Part shown: piece by piece, positions 18,373 through 27,993 of the stretch | Position numbering within the stretch: position 1 is the stretch's first letter | Layout of the letters: every line of letters begins with the position of its first letter | Origin: Dehalococcoidia bacterium | Lineage (GTDB): Bacteria; Chloroflexota; Dehalococcoidia; Lucifugimonadales; UBA3495 | Reading direction: 5' to 3' | Assembly: GCA_965221385.1 (NCBI GenBank) | Contig: OZ244885.1 | Span: 1,718,757-1,782,756, forward strand | DNA: 64,000 nucleotides | Program-made: the position numbers and the translations under genes | Notes under the pieces: generated by a model | What the model was told of the DNA's origin: nothing | Seen by the model: the letters and a program-made list of their open reading frames with translations, nothing else | Databases searched by the model: none

Positions 18373-19569
18373 CTACCGTCGCTCGAAGACTGCGGCCACG
18401 CCCTGGCCGCCGCCCACGCACATGGTTTCCAGGCCGTACTGGGCGTCCCTGCGCTCCATTTCATACATCAGGGTGGTCAGGATGCGGGCGCCAGTGGCGG
18501 CTATGGGATGGCCCAGGGAGATGCCCGAGCCATTGACGTTCAGGGTGTCCTCGTTGGGGAGTTTCCACTCCCGCAATACCGAAAGCACCTGGGCGGCGAA
18601 GGCCTCGTTCAGTTCAATCAGGTCCATGTCCTGCAGGGACATGCCAATCTTGCCCATGAGCTTGTTGACCGAGGGAACCGGGCCGATGCCCATGTAGGCG
18701 GGGTGGCAGCCGGTGACGGCCCAGCCCTTCAGGTAGGCCATGGGGGTGACGCCCAACTCCTCCACCTTGTCCTCGGCCACCACCAGGCACACGGAGGCGG
18801 CGTCGTTCTGGCTGCTGGCGTTGCCGGCGGTTACGGTGCCATCGGGCATCACCGGACGCAGCCGTCCCAGTACTTCCATGTTGGTGTCGGCCCTGGGATT
18901 CTCGTCCTTCACGAAGTCCACCGGATCGCCCCGACGCTGGGGAATGGGAACCGACACGATTTCCTGGTCGAACTTGCCATTTTCCACGGCGGCGACGGCC
19001 CGTTGGTGGCTCCGGAGGGCGTATTCGTCCTGCTCCTGCCGGGAAATCTCGTACTGCTTGGCCAGGTTCTCGGCGGTCTCGACCATGCCGGAGATGTAGC
19101 CGAAGCGTTCTTCGGGGGAGATGGTCTCCCGCGCCCGTACCAGCCGGTCGTGGAAGGTGAGGGAGCCGAAGCGGCCACCCCATCGGGACTCGTTGACGTA
19201 GTATTCGGCATTGCTCATGCTCTCTACGCCCCCGGCGATAACGGCGTCGGCATTGTCGGTCTGGACCAGCATGGCGGCGTTGAGGATGGCCTGCAGGCCG
19301 GAGGAGCAGCGCCGATCCAGCTGGTAGCCGGGCACCTCGATGGGCAGGTCTGCCTTGAGGCCGGCCAGGCGTCCGATGGCCGGATTCTCGCCGCTGGGAT
19401 AGCCGCAGCCGAGGATAACATCGTCGATGCGGGCGGGGTCGATGCCGCTGCGCTGGACCGATTCCTTGACGACGATGGAGGCCAGGTCGGCGGCGGAAAC
19501 GCTGCGGAGGCCCCCGCCGAAGGTGGCAACGGCGGTGCGGACCGGGGAAACGATGGCGACTCCACGCAT
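18373..19569 (-). CDS. Acetyl-CoA C-acyltransferase (thiolase)
   Basis: RRCSSGLQA, NEAFA, GHPIAATG, CVGGGQG. Confidence 0.95.
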   Translation of the reverse strand: MRGVAIVSPVRTAVATFGGGLRSVSAADLASIVVKESVQRSGIDPARIDDVILGCGYPSGENPAIGRLAGLKADLPIEVPGYQLDRRCSSGLQAILNAAMLVQTDNADAVIAGGVESMSNAEYYVNESRWGGRFGSLTFHDRLVRARETISPEERFGYISGMVETAENLAKQYEISRQEQDEYALRSHQRAVAAVENGKFDQEIVSVPIPQRRGDPVDFVKDENPRADTNMEVLGRLRPVMPDGTVTAGNASSQNDAASVCLVVAEDKVEELGVTPMAYLKGWAVTGCHPAYMGIGPVPSVNKLMGKIGMSLQDMDLIELNEAFAAQVLSVLREWKLPNEDTLNVNGSGISLGHPIAATGARILTTLMYEMERRDAQYGLETMCVGGGQGVAAVFERR

Positions 19570-19716
19570 GGTAAGCTCCTTTCTGATTGAAGAGGGTCGA
19601 GCGGGCGGGAAGGCGAACCGCGATCAGGCCCGTCGGGATGGCCCATATAATACCCGTTTGGCAGTGGGATGTCGAACCGGGGGCGGGTACGTGGTAGAAT
19701 GGAGTTCCACAGAATT

Positions 19717-19791
19717 GGGGGTGTAGCTCAGAGGGAGAGCACCTGCTTTGCACGCAGGGGGTCAGGGGTTCGAATCCCCTCACCTCCACCA
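19717..19791 (+). tRNA. tRNA-Ala (TGC)
   Basis: GGGGGTG acceptor stem, TAGCTCAG D-arm, CCTGC-TTTGCAC-GCAGG anticodon arm, GGTTCGAATCC T-arm, encoded CCA. Confidence 0.96.
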
Positions 19792-20172
19792 CCGCAAGCT
19801 GACCCCCACTCCACAGATAAAGCCTTGCCTTCATCTTGGGGAGCCTTAACCATAGCTAGTACACTTGGTTGACAGCCCAACGGCTCCCGTGTACGCTGAA
19901 TATGTACCCCCCTATTGTTTCGATGGTAGGGTCGAGACTGCCTCTGGGCAGTCTCTGTTTTTTTGTCAGAAGCCAGTAGTCAGTCAAATTTGGAACGATA
20001 GGGTAGGAAGGGGGCGGGACGAATGGTTGCCCCTCTCAAGCTCTAGGCGAGCATGAAACTCGTTCCGAGCAAATTTATTCCCGCTACCAGGAGTTGTTTT
20101 AGCTGCGAGCCGGGCCCGGCTGGGAGAGGTCTAACAGCCGGGCCCGGCGCCTGTGCACCGATCAATTACGCA

Positions 20173-20867
20173 TCAGCCAAAAAACAGCTTGCTAAACTTG
20201 AAGACCGCTCTTAGACCTCCGCCAATGAAAAAGAGAGCAACCAACCACTCCTTTTCTTTGTACCCCTGCCACGTCAAGGTAGGGAAGACCTCTGGGACGA
20301 GGACGGCCCAGATCAAAACCCAAGAAAGAACTACGGCAATGCCTACGGGCAGGACGTTACGAAGGATTTCGTAGTAGATCATAAGAACTGCTCCTATTCT
20401 AAGGCTGGAAGAACAGTCAGCCTCAGTTAAATCTTTTGCGACACTTTCTGGTCGCAGAAGGTAAACGAACAGGAGAATTTCTACTCTAATCTTGGCGAGT
20501 GGCCGGGAACGTGGCCGACGGAGAGAGTCAGGAGGTTGGGGAGAAGTAACCGGAAAACTGAACCAAGGTACCAAGGGTGAAACAGGGTACGGTCTGTTCT
20601 GATTAGAACCAACCAGACCCCAATGAACGGTCTTATTCGGCGGGATAATCTCCCTGCTTGGTCAGAGAGGAAAACATCGAATCCTAGACTGCGCACTAAG
20701 AGGATCAGGCCCCACAGGACAGAGACAAAGATGAGCATCTTTGCCTGGAGCAAGGCCACTGGTCCGGCGACATCCCACAGGAAATCGTTGGCGATTTCCA
20801 AGCCCACTGTGCCGTATGGAAAGGCCATCAGGGCAACAGGGCTGTAAAAAAGCCAACCATCAGCCAC
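20173..20867 (-). pseudogene. Possible frameshifted membrane protein (two overlapping hydrophobic ORFs)
   Basis: ORFs 20481-20867 and 20173-20574 overlap in different frames, both with TM-like runs, in an AT-richer stretch downstream of the tRNA. Confidence 0.35.
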
Positions 20868-21068
20868 GGAATTACCGCAGCCCTAATGGCGCTTGCCTTA
20901 AGCACCACGAAGAGCCAGGCACAGAGTCCCTTCAATCCCTCTGAGTAGCTCATGCATCAATTATAGCAGAATCAAAACATTTGACCAGAATAGAAGCTGC
21001 ATAAGAGGGGAATAGGGCACCGTGCAGACCCTTGACATTAGTAACGGCTTGCATTAGTATGCCTGCCA

Positions 21069-21347
21069 GTGAACCAATTTAGAGATGACCTCACCAGACG
21101 CCTCTTCAGTGGGGAGCAGGTCCGGCGGCTACCCCCCGAAATTCAACGTCGGGCCAGAATGCGGCTGCAAAGGGTTGTGGCGGCCATGGCCCTCAACGAC
21201 CTGCGGGTGCCTCCCTCCCATCGCCTTGAGGCTCTGCGCGGAGACCGTCAGGGACAGCACAGCATCCGTATCAATGACCAATGGCGGGTGTGCTTCATCT
21301 GGACGGAACAGGGCGCAATGGAAATTGAGGTCGTTGACTACCATTAG
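21069..21347 (+). CDS. higB: HigB/RelE-family toxin
   Basis: DLRVPPSHRLEALRGDRQGQHSIRINDQWRVCF..EVVDYH. Confidence 0.93.
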   Translation: MNQFRDDLTRRLFSGEQVRRLPPEIQRRARMRLQRVVAAMALNDLRVPPSHRLEALRGDRQGQHSIRINDQWRVCFIWTEQGAMEIEVVDYH

Positions 21348-21358
21348 GAAGGCTACCC

Positions 21359-21649
21359 ATGACTACTGTCGAGGCGATACATCCGGGCGAGCATCTGGCC
21401 GAGATGCTGGACGAGATGGGCATCACCCAATACCGCCTGGCGAAAACCATAGGAGTGCCGCAGATTCGGGTCAGCGAGGTTGTGCGCTGCCGCCGGTCGA
21501 TTACCGCCGACACGGCGCTGAGAATCGGGAAGGCGCTGGGAACGACTCCCGAGTTCTGGCTGAATCTGCAACGGATGTATGACCTGGATACGGCCCGCGC
21601 GAAAACGGACATCAGCGCCATCGAATCCCTGGCGGCGGTTTCCGAGTGA
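21359..21649 (+). CDS. higA: HigA antitoxin (HTH)
   Basis: IHPGEHL..ITQYRLAK..ITADTALR..TPEFWLNLQ. Confidence 0.93.
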   Translation: MTTVEAIHPGEHLAEMLDEMGITQYRLAKTIGVPQIRVSEVVRCRRSITADTALRIGKALGTTPEFWLNLQRMYDLDTARAKTDISAIESLAAVSE

Positions 21650-21719
21650 GCAGGGCGTAAGGGAACGAAACCAGGGGCGCCAGCCCTGAACCCCGTCCAG
21701 GGCTGGCGCTGCCCTTTCT

Positions 21720-23144
21720 CTACCGGCGGTGGACTTTCACCTGGAACTTCCTGGGCATCAGGCTCATGCCGATTTCCGTATCCTCTCCCAGGCCGTTGGG
21801 GGGCGCTTCAAACCGGAAATTGCGGAAGAGTCGCACCGTCTGAATCCACAGCATGGACATGGCCAGGGGCTGCCCGGGGCAGGAGCGGCGCCCAACGCCA
21901 AAGGGCATGTAGGCCTCATTGTCGTAGTTCCTGGAAGGGGAGCCGTCCGCTTCGGGCAGGAACCGCTCCGGCATGAATTCATTGGGCGAATCCCAGAATC
22001 TTTCGTCGTGCATTATGCTGTGCAGGTTGGGCAGAACCTGGGTGTCCTTGGGGATGGTGTAGCCGTCAACCTCGCAGTCCTCGTTGGCCCGATGGGGCAG
22101 GGCAACGAAGGGGACGACTTTGTAGCGGAAATTCTCCGTCATGACGGCCTTGGAATAGGGGAGCGCGTCCATATCTTCGAACGCTGGTTCCCGTCCATTT
22201 TCCTCGGAGAAGGCCTTCAATTCCTCGTACATCCGTTCCTGGATCTCCGGCCGGCGGGCCAAGTTCAGGATGAGCCAGGACATGGTTTGGCTGTTGGTAT
22301 CGGTGCCGGCAAACAGGAGGTCGATCAACAGCGCTTCCGCGAAGTGCATTTCAATCTCACCGTTGGCTTCGTCGGACAGCAGCACCTCCAGGAGGCAGGT
22401 GGGGTGGTCCAGGTCGAATAATGGGTGGTTCTTGTAAATATCCATGCTAAACCCACCTACCGCTTCATCAGACAGCAGTCTGCGGGTCAATCGGGGAATG
22501 AGAAAATTGTCCACGGGATTGGGCAAGTAGCGCAATAAGCTCATGGGCGCCAGGCACCAGTGGGGGCCGAAGGCGATGCGAACGGCCTTCAATATATTGC
22601 GCAAGTTCTGGTTGGTGCTCTCGGTTTGGGAAAGACCGAAGATGCCGAAGATCAGGTCAATCATGATGCGAGCGTTCATAAAGAACATCGTGTCGCGGGG
22701 GTGCATGTATTGGCCCGAATCGGCAAATTCACCAACGGTGTCGAGAATAAGGTCGATTATTGGCTCGATGTAGGCATCCCGCATGGCCGACACGCGACGG
22801 TGCGACAACACGTTCCGGTTGATGTAACGCTGGTGTACCCGCCATCTCTGGTTGGAATAACCCATGACCAGAATGGAGGCGTCGCTGAGGAAACTCCGCC
22901 ACGAGGGCTTTGTCCATCGGTCTGAGAGTTCGTCCATGGCCAGGGCTTCGCGCAGTATGGCGGGGTGGCTGATGCTTACGGTGGGCGAGCCGCCCAACCG
23001 GAACATGCACACGTCGCCATACTGCCGGGCGTACTTGGCCAGCACCTCATGGGGGTTTTTTCTCACGTCCAGCAGTGACCCCACCATGGGCAGGCCTCGG
23101 GGTCCAGGGGGCAACTTCCCAACGGTACGAGTGGTCGTGGTCAT
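21720..23144 (-). CDS. Cytochrome P450
   Basis: PPGPRGLP, AGTDT I-helix, ENFR (ExxR), PERF, FGVGRRSCPG heme ligand. Confidence 0.95.
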   Translation of the reverse strand: MTTTTRTVGKLPPGPRGLPMVGSLLDVRKNPHEVLAKYARQYGDVCMFRLGGSPTVSISHPAILREALAMDELSDRWTKPSWRSFLSDASILVMGYSNQRWRVHQRYINRNVLSHRRVSAMRDAYIEPIIDLILDTVGEFADSGQYMHPRDTMFFMNARIMIDLIFGIFGLSQTESTNQNLRNILKAVRIAFGPHWCLAPMSLLRYLPNPVDNFLIPRLTRRLLSDEAVGGFSMDIYKNHPLFDLDHPTCLLEVLLSDEANGEIEMHFAEALLIDLLFAGTDTNSQTMSWLILNLARRPEIQERMYEELKAFSEENGREPAFEDMDALPYSKAVMTENFRYKVVPFVALPHRANEDCEVDGYTIPKDTQVLPNLHSIMHDERFWDSPNEFMPERFLPEADGSPSRNYDNEAYMPFGVGRRSCPGQPLAMSMLWIQTVRLFRNFRFEAPPNGLGEDTEIGMSLMPRKFQVKVHRR

Positions 23145-23218
23145 AACATTAATCTCCTTGCATGGGCCCCTGAGCGCCCAATTTTGATGCTAATGCTTGC
23201 CTCGCTTGACTGCCGGGA

Positions 23219-24298
23219 CTACCGGAACTTGAAGGTCCGAACCGCAATCAGGGCGGTCACCACCAGCCAGCAGGCCAGGGTGGCCAACTCCACCGGAAAG
23301 TCCCAGATGGGCCTGGCTTCCAGGGAAATGCCCCGCATGGCCACCAGGGCCGGGGACAGGGGCAGGAACTCCACGATGTTCCGGACCACATCGGGCAGTA
23401 CATTCGTGGGGAAGAACACCCCGGAAAGCAGGAAAAGCGGCAGCACTATCACGTTGCCCAGGCCGCTGGCCGCCGCCGTAGTTCTTGAATGGGCCGCCAC
23501 GATGAACCCCAGGCAGAGGAACACCAGGTTGGCGAATATCACGATGGCCCCTATGTGGAGCAGGTCTCCCTGCAGCGTGGCGCCAAACACGAAAACGCCG
23601 GCGGACATCAGAATGGCGATTTGGAACAGCGCCAGAATCAGGTAGGTAATCACCTTCGTGGCGAAGAAGTAACTAACCCGCAACGGCGTCGCCTGAATGC
23701 GGACCAGGATGCGCTTCTCCCGGTAGGTGGTTAGCGCCGTGGCCAGTCCCATCACCGAAAAGCTCATCACCCCCCACACTGCCAGTCCGGGCATCACCAG
23801 GTCAACCCGGCTGAAATGCTGCCGAGACACCCGCTCCGGCGAAAGGGCAATCGGGGGCTGTACGGCCAGCATCTCCAGGTTGGCCCGGCCGATTGAACTT
23901 TCAACGAATCCGATGACGAACGACCCGAAGGGCCTGGTATCGTCGTAGATCAGGCTCACCTGAGCCGGGGGATTGGCGGCAGCGGTTTCACCGAACCCCT
24001 CGGGTATCACCAGGGCGAAGCCTATCTCCCCGTCGAACACCTGACGCCTGGCTTCCGCTTCATCCTCCAGCTGGACCACTTCCAGGTTGTCGGCGCCAGC
24101 CAACCGGTCCACCAGCGTCCGGGATACTTCGTCGTCCGCCCGGTCGATTACCGCCATGGTGGCGCCGCCGGTTTCGGCGCCGTAGAAAATGCCGAAGACG
24201 AACACAAAAATTAGCGGAAAGGCCAGCGACCAGAACAATGCCTGCCGGTTGCGCAGCATCATCTTGATGTGGGCGATGGTCAAATTCAGCAGTATCAC
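23219..24298 (-). CDS. ABC-2 type transporter permease
   Basis: FWSLAFP, multiple TMs, LSGVFFP. Confidence 0.88.
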   Translation of the reverse strand: MILLNLTIAHIKMMLRNRQALFWSLAFPLIFVFVFGIFYGAETGGATMAVIDRADDEVSRTLVDRLAGADNLEVVQLEDEAEARRQVFDGEIGFALVIPEGFGETAAANPPAQVSLIYDDTRPFGSFVIGFVESSIGRANLEMLAVQPPIALSPERVSRQHFSRVDLVMPGLAVWGVMSFSVMGLATALTTYREKRILVRIQATPLRVSYFFATKVITYLILALFQIAILMSAGVFVFGATLQGDLLHIGAIVIFANLVFLCLGFIVAAHSRTTAAASGLGNVIVLPLFLLSGVFFPTNVLPDVVRNIVEFLPLSPALVAMRGISLEARPIWDFPVELATLACWLVVTALIAVRTFKFR

Positions 24299-24313
24299 TT
24301 TGCAGCTGCCCCT

Positions 24314-25255
24314 CTATTCCCTGAGTTCATGCCCGGTGGTGGCCAGGAATACATCCTCCAGGTTCGATGCCACCACTTCCAGATGGGCGAAAGAAAGGCC
24401 CGCCGCCTTGGCCCATTCCGTGAGGGCCGCCACGGCGGCCGAAGCGTCGGTGCAGCTCAGGCGATACAGGTCCTCCCCGTCCTGCTTCACGGCCACCACG
24501 CCGGGCAGCCCGTCCAGATCCGCCGCCCTTTCCCCGACGGCGGCCGCGGTGAACCGGATCTCGTAGGGTATGGGCAACTGACTTATGAGCATGGCCGGAG
24601 TGTCCAGGGCAATCACCTTGCCGTTATCCATGATGGCCACCCGGTCGCAGAGGTATTCCGCCTCCTCCATGTAGTGGGTGGTCAATACCACGGTACGCCC
24701 CTCTTCCTTCATGGATTGGACGAACTCCCAGAGATTGCGCCGGGCCTGGGGGTCCAGGCCGGTGGTTGGCTCGTCGAGAAAGACCAGATCGGGATTGTTG
24801 ATCAGGGCCGCGGCTATGGTGAATCGCTGCTGCTGGCCCCCCGACAGTTTGCCTACGTTGGTATTCGCCCGGTCCAGCAGGTCCACCCGCTTCAGGAGTT
24901 CCTCGGGCGAGGCCATCTGCCGATAGAAGCCCCCGAACAGGCGGAGGATTTCCAGCAGGGTTAGGTAGTCGAAATAGGCCGAAGCCTGGAGTTGAACGCC
25001 AATGCGTTCCTTGATGTTCGCCGAGTCCCTGCCAACGTCCATCCCCAGGACCGTTGCCGAACCGGAGGACGGATCGACCAGACCCTCCAGGCAGCTCAAC
25101 GTGGTGGTCTTGCCGGCTCCGTTGGGTCCAAGGATGCCGAAGATCTCGCCCCGTTGTACGCTGAAGGACACATCGTCCACGGCGACGAATGCGCCGTAGC
25201 GCTTGCTCAGGCCATCCACCCGAATTACAACGTCGTCCCCGCCGGGAAACTCCAT
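24314..25255 (-). CDS. ABC transporter ATP-binding protein
   Basis: GPNGAGKTT, LSGGQQQR, LDEPTTGLDP, TTHYMEEA. Confidence 0.93.
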   Translation of the reverse strand: MEFPGGDDVVIRVDGLSKRYGAFVAVDDVSFSVQRGEIFGILGPNGAGKTTTLSCLEGLVDPSSGSATVLGMDVGRDSANIKERIGVQLQASAYFDYLTLLEILRLFGGFYRQMASPEELLKRVDLLDRANTNVGKLSGGQQQRFTIAAALINNPDLVFLDEPTTGLDPQARRNLWEFVQSMKEEGRTVVLTTHYMEEAEYLCDRVAIMDNGKVIALDTPAMLISQLPIPYEIRFTAAAVGERAADLDGLPGVVAVKQDGEDLYRLSCTDASAAVAALTEWAKAAGLSFAHLEVVASNLEDVFLATTGHELRE

Positions 25256-25475
25256 ATCCCTTGCCCCTGGTTGGCTCTGCCGGAATCGGACGCCCCCATT
25301 GCAGGGCATCCGATTGCGTGAATATCCGTTTGTACTGCGTTACTTTCCCGAAATGGTACATTCCCCGATACGATATTGCAAACATTCCCCCGGCTTCGGA
25401 TAGCGACCGGCTTGGCCACAGGTAGCGTCGGCAAGGGACGGGAGAGTCGCCTGCCTTCCACCGATCCCCTTTGCA

Positions 25476-25928
25476 TCAGCTCCCGCTCCGATGCAGCAGC
25501 GCCTGGCGTACCACCCTGCGAGTCTGGTCCGAAAGCGGGTATTCGCTCAACTCTTCCTCGCCGGCCCAGGCGAAATCCTCATGTTCCGACAGCGCAACCG
25601 GCGCCGGATGCACGCTGACCAGGAAGTTCAGCTGTCGCGTCGGCCTCCCACTCCTTGAGGGATAGTCAAAGCAGCCCAGGTATCCGTCCACATGGGTTAT
25701 GGACAGGCCCGTTTCCTCCAGGGTCTCCCGTTCCAGCGCTTGGAGGAGGGACTCGCCGTCCTCGACTCTTCCACTGGGAATTTCATACATGCCGCCCAGG
25801 TAGTCCTCCTGACGGCGCTTGAGAAGGAGCGCCTCTTTGCCCCGGATGATGACGGCGCCCACCACGATGCGGCCAGGACTGGAAGCCAGAGCCTCCGCGG
25901 TCAGCCGGTCAATCTCCTGGGGAGTCAC
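25476..25928 (-). CDS. NUDIX hydrolase
   Basis: Nudix box GRVEDGESLLQALERETLEETGL. Confidence 0.9.
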   Translation of the reverse strand: MTPQEIDRLTAEALASSPGRIVVGAVIIRGKEALLLKRRQEDYLGGMYEIPSGRVEDGESLLQALERETLEETGLSITHVDGYLGCFDYPSRSGRPTRQLNFLVSVHPAPVALSEHEDFAWAGEEELSEYPLSDQTRRVVRQALLHRSGS

Positions 25929-26121
25929 GGATACAGCGCCTCTTCACTATTCCAGGGAATGGGGTGCAGAAGGATTTGGGCGCAGTCAGGATAACAGGAA
26001 TAGAGGCGAGTGGTCACAGGATTGGCACAATTTAGTATGATTGTTTCACGGGTTGGCCACGTCCAATTCGTTAAAAGAACGTCACGGCCTCGAAGAGCGA
26101 CAATTGAGGAGGACCCAATCA

Positions 26122-27099
26122 ATGACTATGAATGAAGGGAACAGCAATCCGGTGGAGGCCTTCCTTACCGGGCCCATCCTGGTTCCGCTGGATGGAAGCG
26201 AAGTTGCAGACGGCATACTTCCCTACGTATCGCAACTGGCGGAGAAGGGGAATCTGTCCCTCGTTCTCCTGACGGCAATTGATCCCGACGACCTGGACTA
26301 CCCCTCTTGGGTCTTGGTCCAGCCCATATCCTCCCCCGGCGAGGACCGGGAAATCAGCAGGGACGAATACGAGGAGAGGGCAAGGAACCAGGCCCTGGCC
26401 GCGCTGCGGGAACGGGAGGCCAGCCTGCAGGGCGCGGGTATAGCCACAAAGACTATCGTATCGCTGGGAAAGCCGGCGGAGGTTATTTCGCGGGTTGCCG
26501 ACGAGGAGGGGTGTGGGCTGATCGCAATGTCAACTCACGGCCGCAATGCCATCGCCCGGGGCATTCTGGGCAGCGTGACGGACCGGGTCATCCACTCCGC
26601 CAGTACACCGGTCCTGGCCCTCACACCGGAGAAGGCGCAGGAGTACCGGAGCAGGGAGGGGGCCTCCCTCAGGACCATCGTCGTTCCCCTGGACGGATCC
26701 GAGCTGGCCGAAAGGGCGCTGCCCTACGCCGAAAAGCTGGCCCGCCTGATGTCGATGCGAATCCTGCTGACCAGGGCGGTCCGGTTCGAGCTACCCTACC
26801 ACCATGACTTCGGCTCCCAACTGCCCCATGTCACCGAGGAAGTGGTGAAGGACGCCAACCAGTACCTGGGCAGGGTTGCAAATCGCCTGGAACGCCGGGG
26901 CCTGAGGGTTACCACCAAGGTGATGCAGGGCACCCCGGCCCAGGCCCTGCTGCAGTTGGCCCACGATACGCCCCAGAGCCTGATTGCCATTACCACCAAT
27001 GCCAGGTCGGGCCTGTCACGGTGGATGATGGGCAGCGTGGCGGAAGCCCTGGTCCGGGGCGCCGGTGAGCCGGTGCTGGTTATTCGGCCCAGGACGTAG
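26122..27099 (+). CDS. Tandem-domain universal stress protein
   Basis: Two LVPLDGSE..GSV..V repeats; GAGGAGG RBS before ATG 26122. Confidence 0.9.
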   Translation: MTMNEGNSNPVEAFLTGPILVPLDGSEVADGILPYVSQLAEKGNLSLVLLTAIDPDDLDYPSWVLVQPISSPGEDREISRDEYEERARNQALAALREREASLQGAGIATKTIVSLGKPAEVISRVADEEGCGLIAMSTHGRNAIARGILGSVTDRVIHSASTPVLALTPEKAQEYRSREGASLRTIVVPLDGSELAERALPYAEKLARLMSMRILLTRAVRFELPYHHDFGSQLPHVTEEVVKDANQYLGRVANRLERRGLRVTTKVMQGTPAQALLQLAHDTPQSLIAITTNARSGLSRWMMGSVAEALVRGAGEPVLVIRPRT

Positions 27100-27199
27100 C
27101 CCGGCACTTGGCCAGGCCGGGATTGGCGCTGTCATTACGGGCATGGCGAGGAATGACAGACGTGGGTGGCTGGGAATGCCGGACAAGGGGACATGCACC

Positions 27200-27456
27200 G
27201 TAGGGGCGCACGGCTGTGCGCCCCTACCCTAACAGGAAAACCATCCATCCCATTCCAAACCAACCACACCTGTCATTCCGAGCGGCAGTCGAGGAATCCC
27301 AACCGCAGAGGGCGAGAATGTCTGGGCATGCCGATGAAGGTTCCCCCGCACCGTTGGGATTCCTCGGCTGTCGCTCGGAATGACAGACAAGGGGGGTCTG
27401 GAAAGGCAAACAGGAGAGTCCGTCCACCGTAGGGGCGCACAGCCGTGCGCCCCTAC
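27200..27456. repeat. Nested palindromic composite: GTAG-REP, inverted pair of GTCATTCCGAGCG units, inverted GTAG-REP
   Basis: GTAGGGGCGCAC-ggct-GTGCGCCCCTAC at 27200-27227 and its reverse complement at 27429-27456 enclose units at about 27271 and 27355-27386. Confidence 0.8.
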
Positions 27457-27516
27457 CCCCATCAGCCAACCAACCCTCCCACTCGTAGCCGCCCTACCAC
27501 GTCATTCCAGGCTTGG

Positions 27517-27675
27517 CTAACTACTAACCTGACATAGCGGGGTGGCCACCGATGTCGGGGCGTTAAGGTTGTCGACGCTCAAGTACCGGGCCGCCTGGGC
27601 CAGTTCCCGCAGGCTGCGTTCCGCCAGGTGGTGGACCGTTCCCTCCGGGTAGGAGCCATCTTCCTCAGGAATCAC
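27517..27675 (-). pseudogene. Remnant resembling the C-terminus of a LonB/AAA_32-type protease
   Basis: My translation VIPEEDGSYPEGTVHHLAERSLRELAQAAR resembles the DGxYPEGTV..RLxELA tail of that family, from memory. Confidence 0.4.
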
Positions 27676-27993
27676 TCATAATCTGATCAATCTCTTCGAA
27701 CAGGAAGCGCAATCCACCCTTGCCCTGGGTCCGGCGGGACGCCAGAGTTCCTTCCCGGCCTGGTGTGGTGGTCATTGTTCTTCCTCCTTCTTCCATCTTC
27801 CTTCACGCTTCCATCTTCTTTCACGGATTTCAGGACGCATTGGCTGTTTGCAGGACCACTTCACTATAGAAAGGTCGTGTCAACAGGGTGTGATGCAACG
27901 GCCCTTGGATGTGTGCATTTCGTGCCAAAGACTGCCAAAGACCTGGGTCGCAGTCGGTGGGACATGGCCGCGGCTGCTGGGAGGGAGGGGAAA

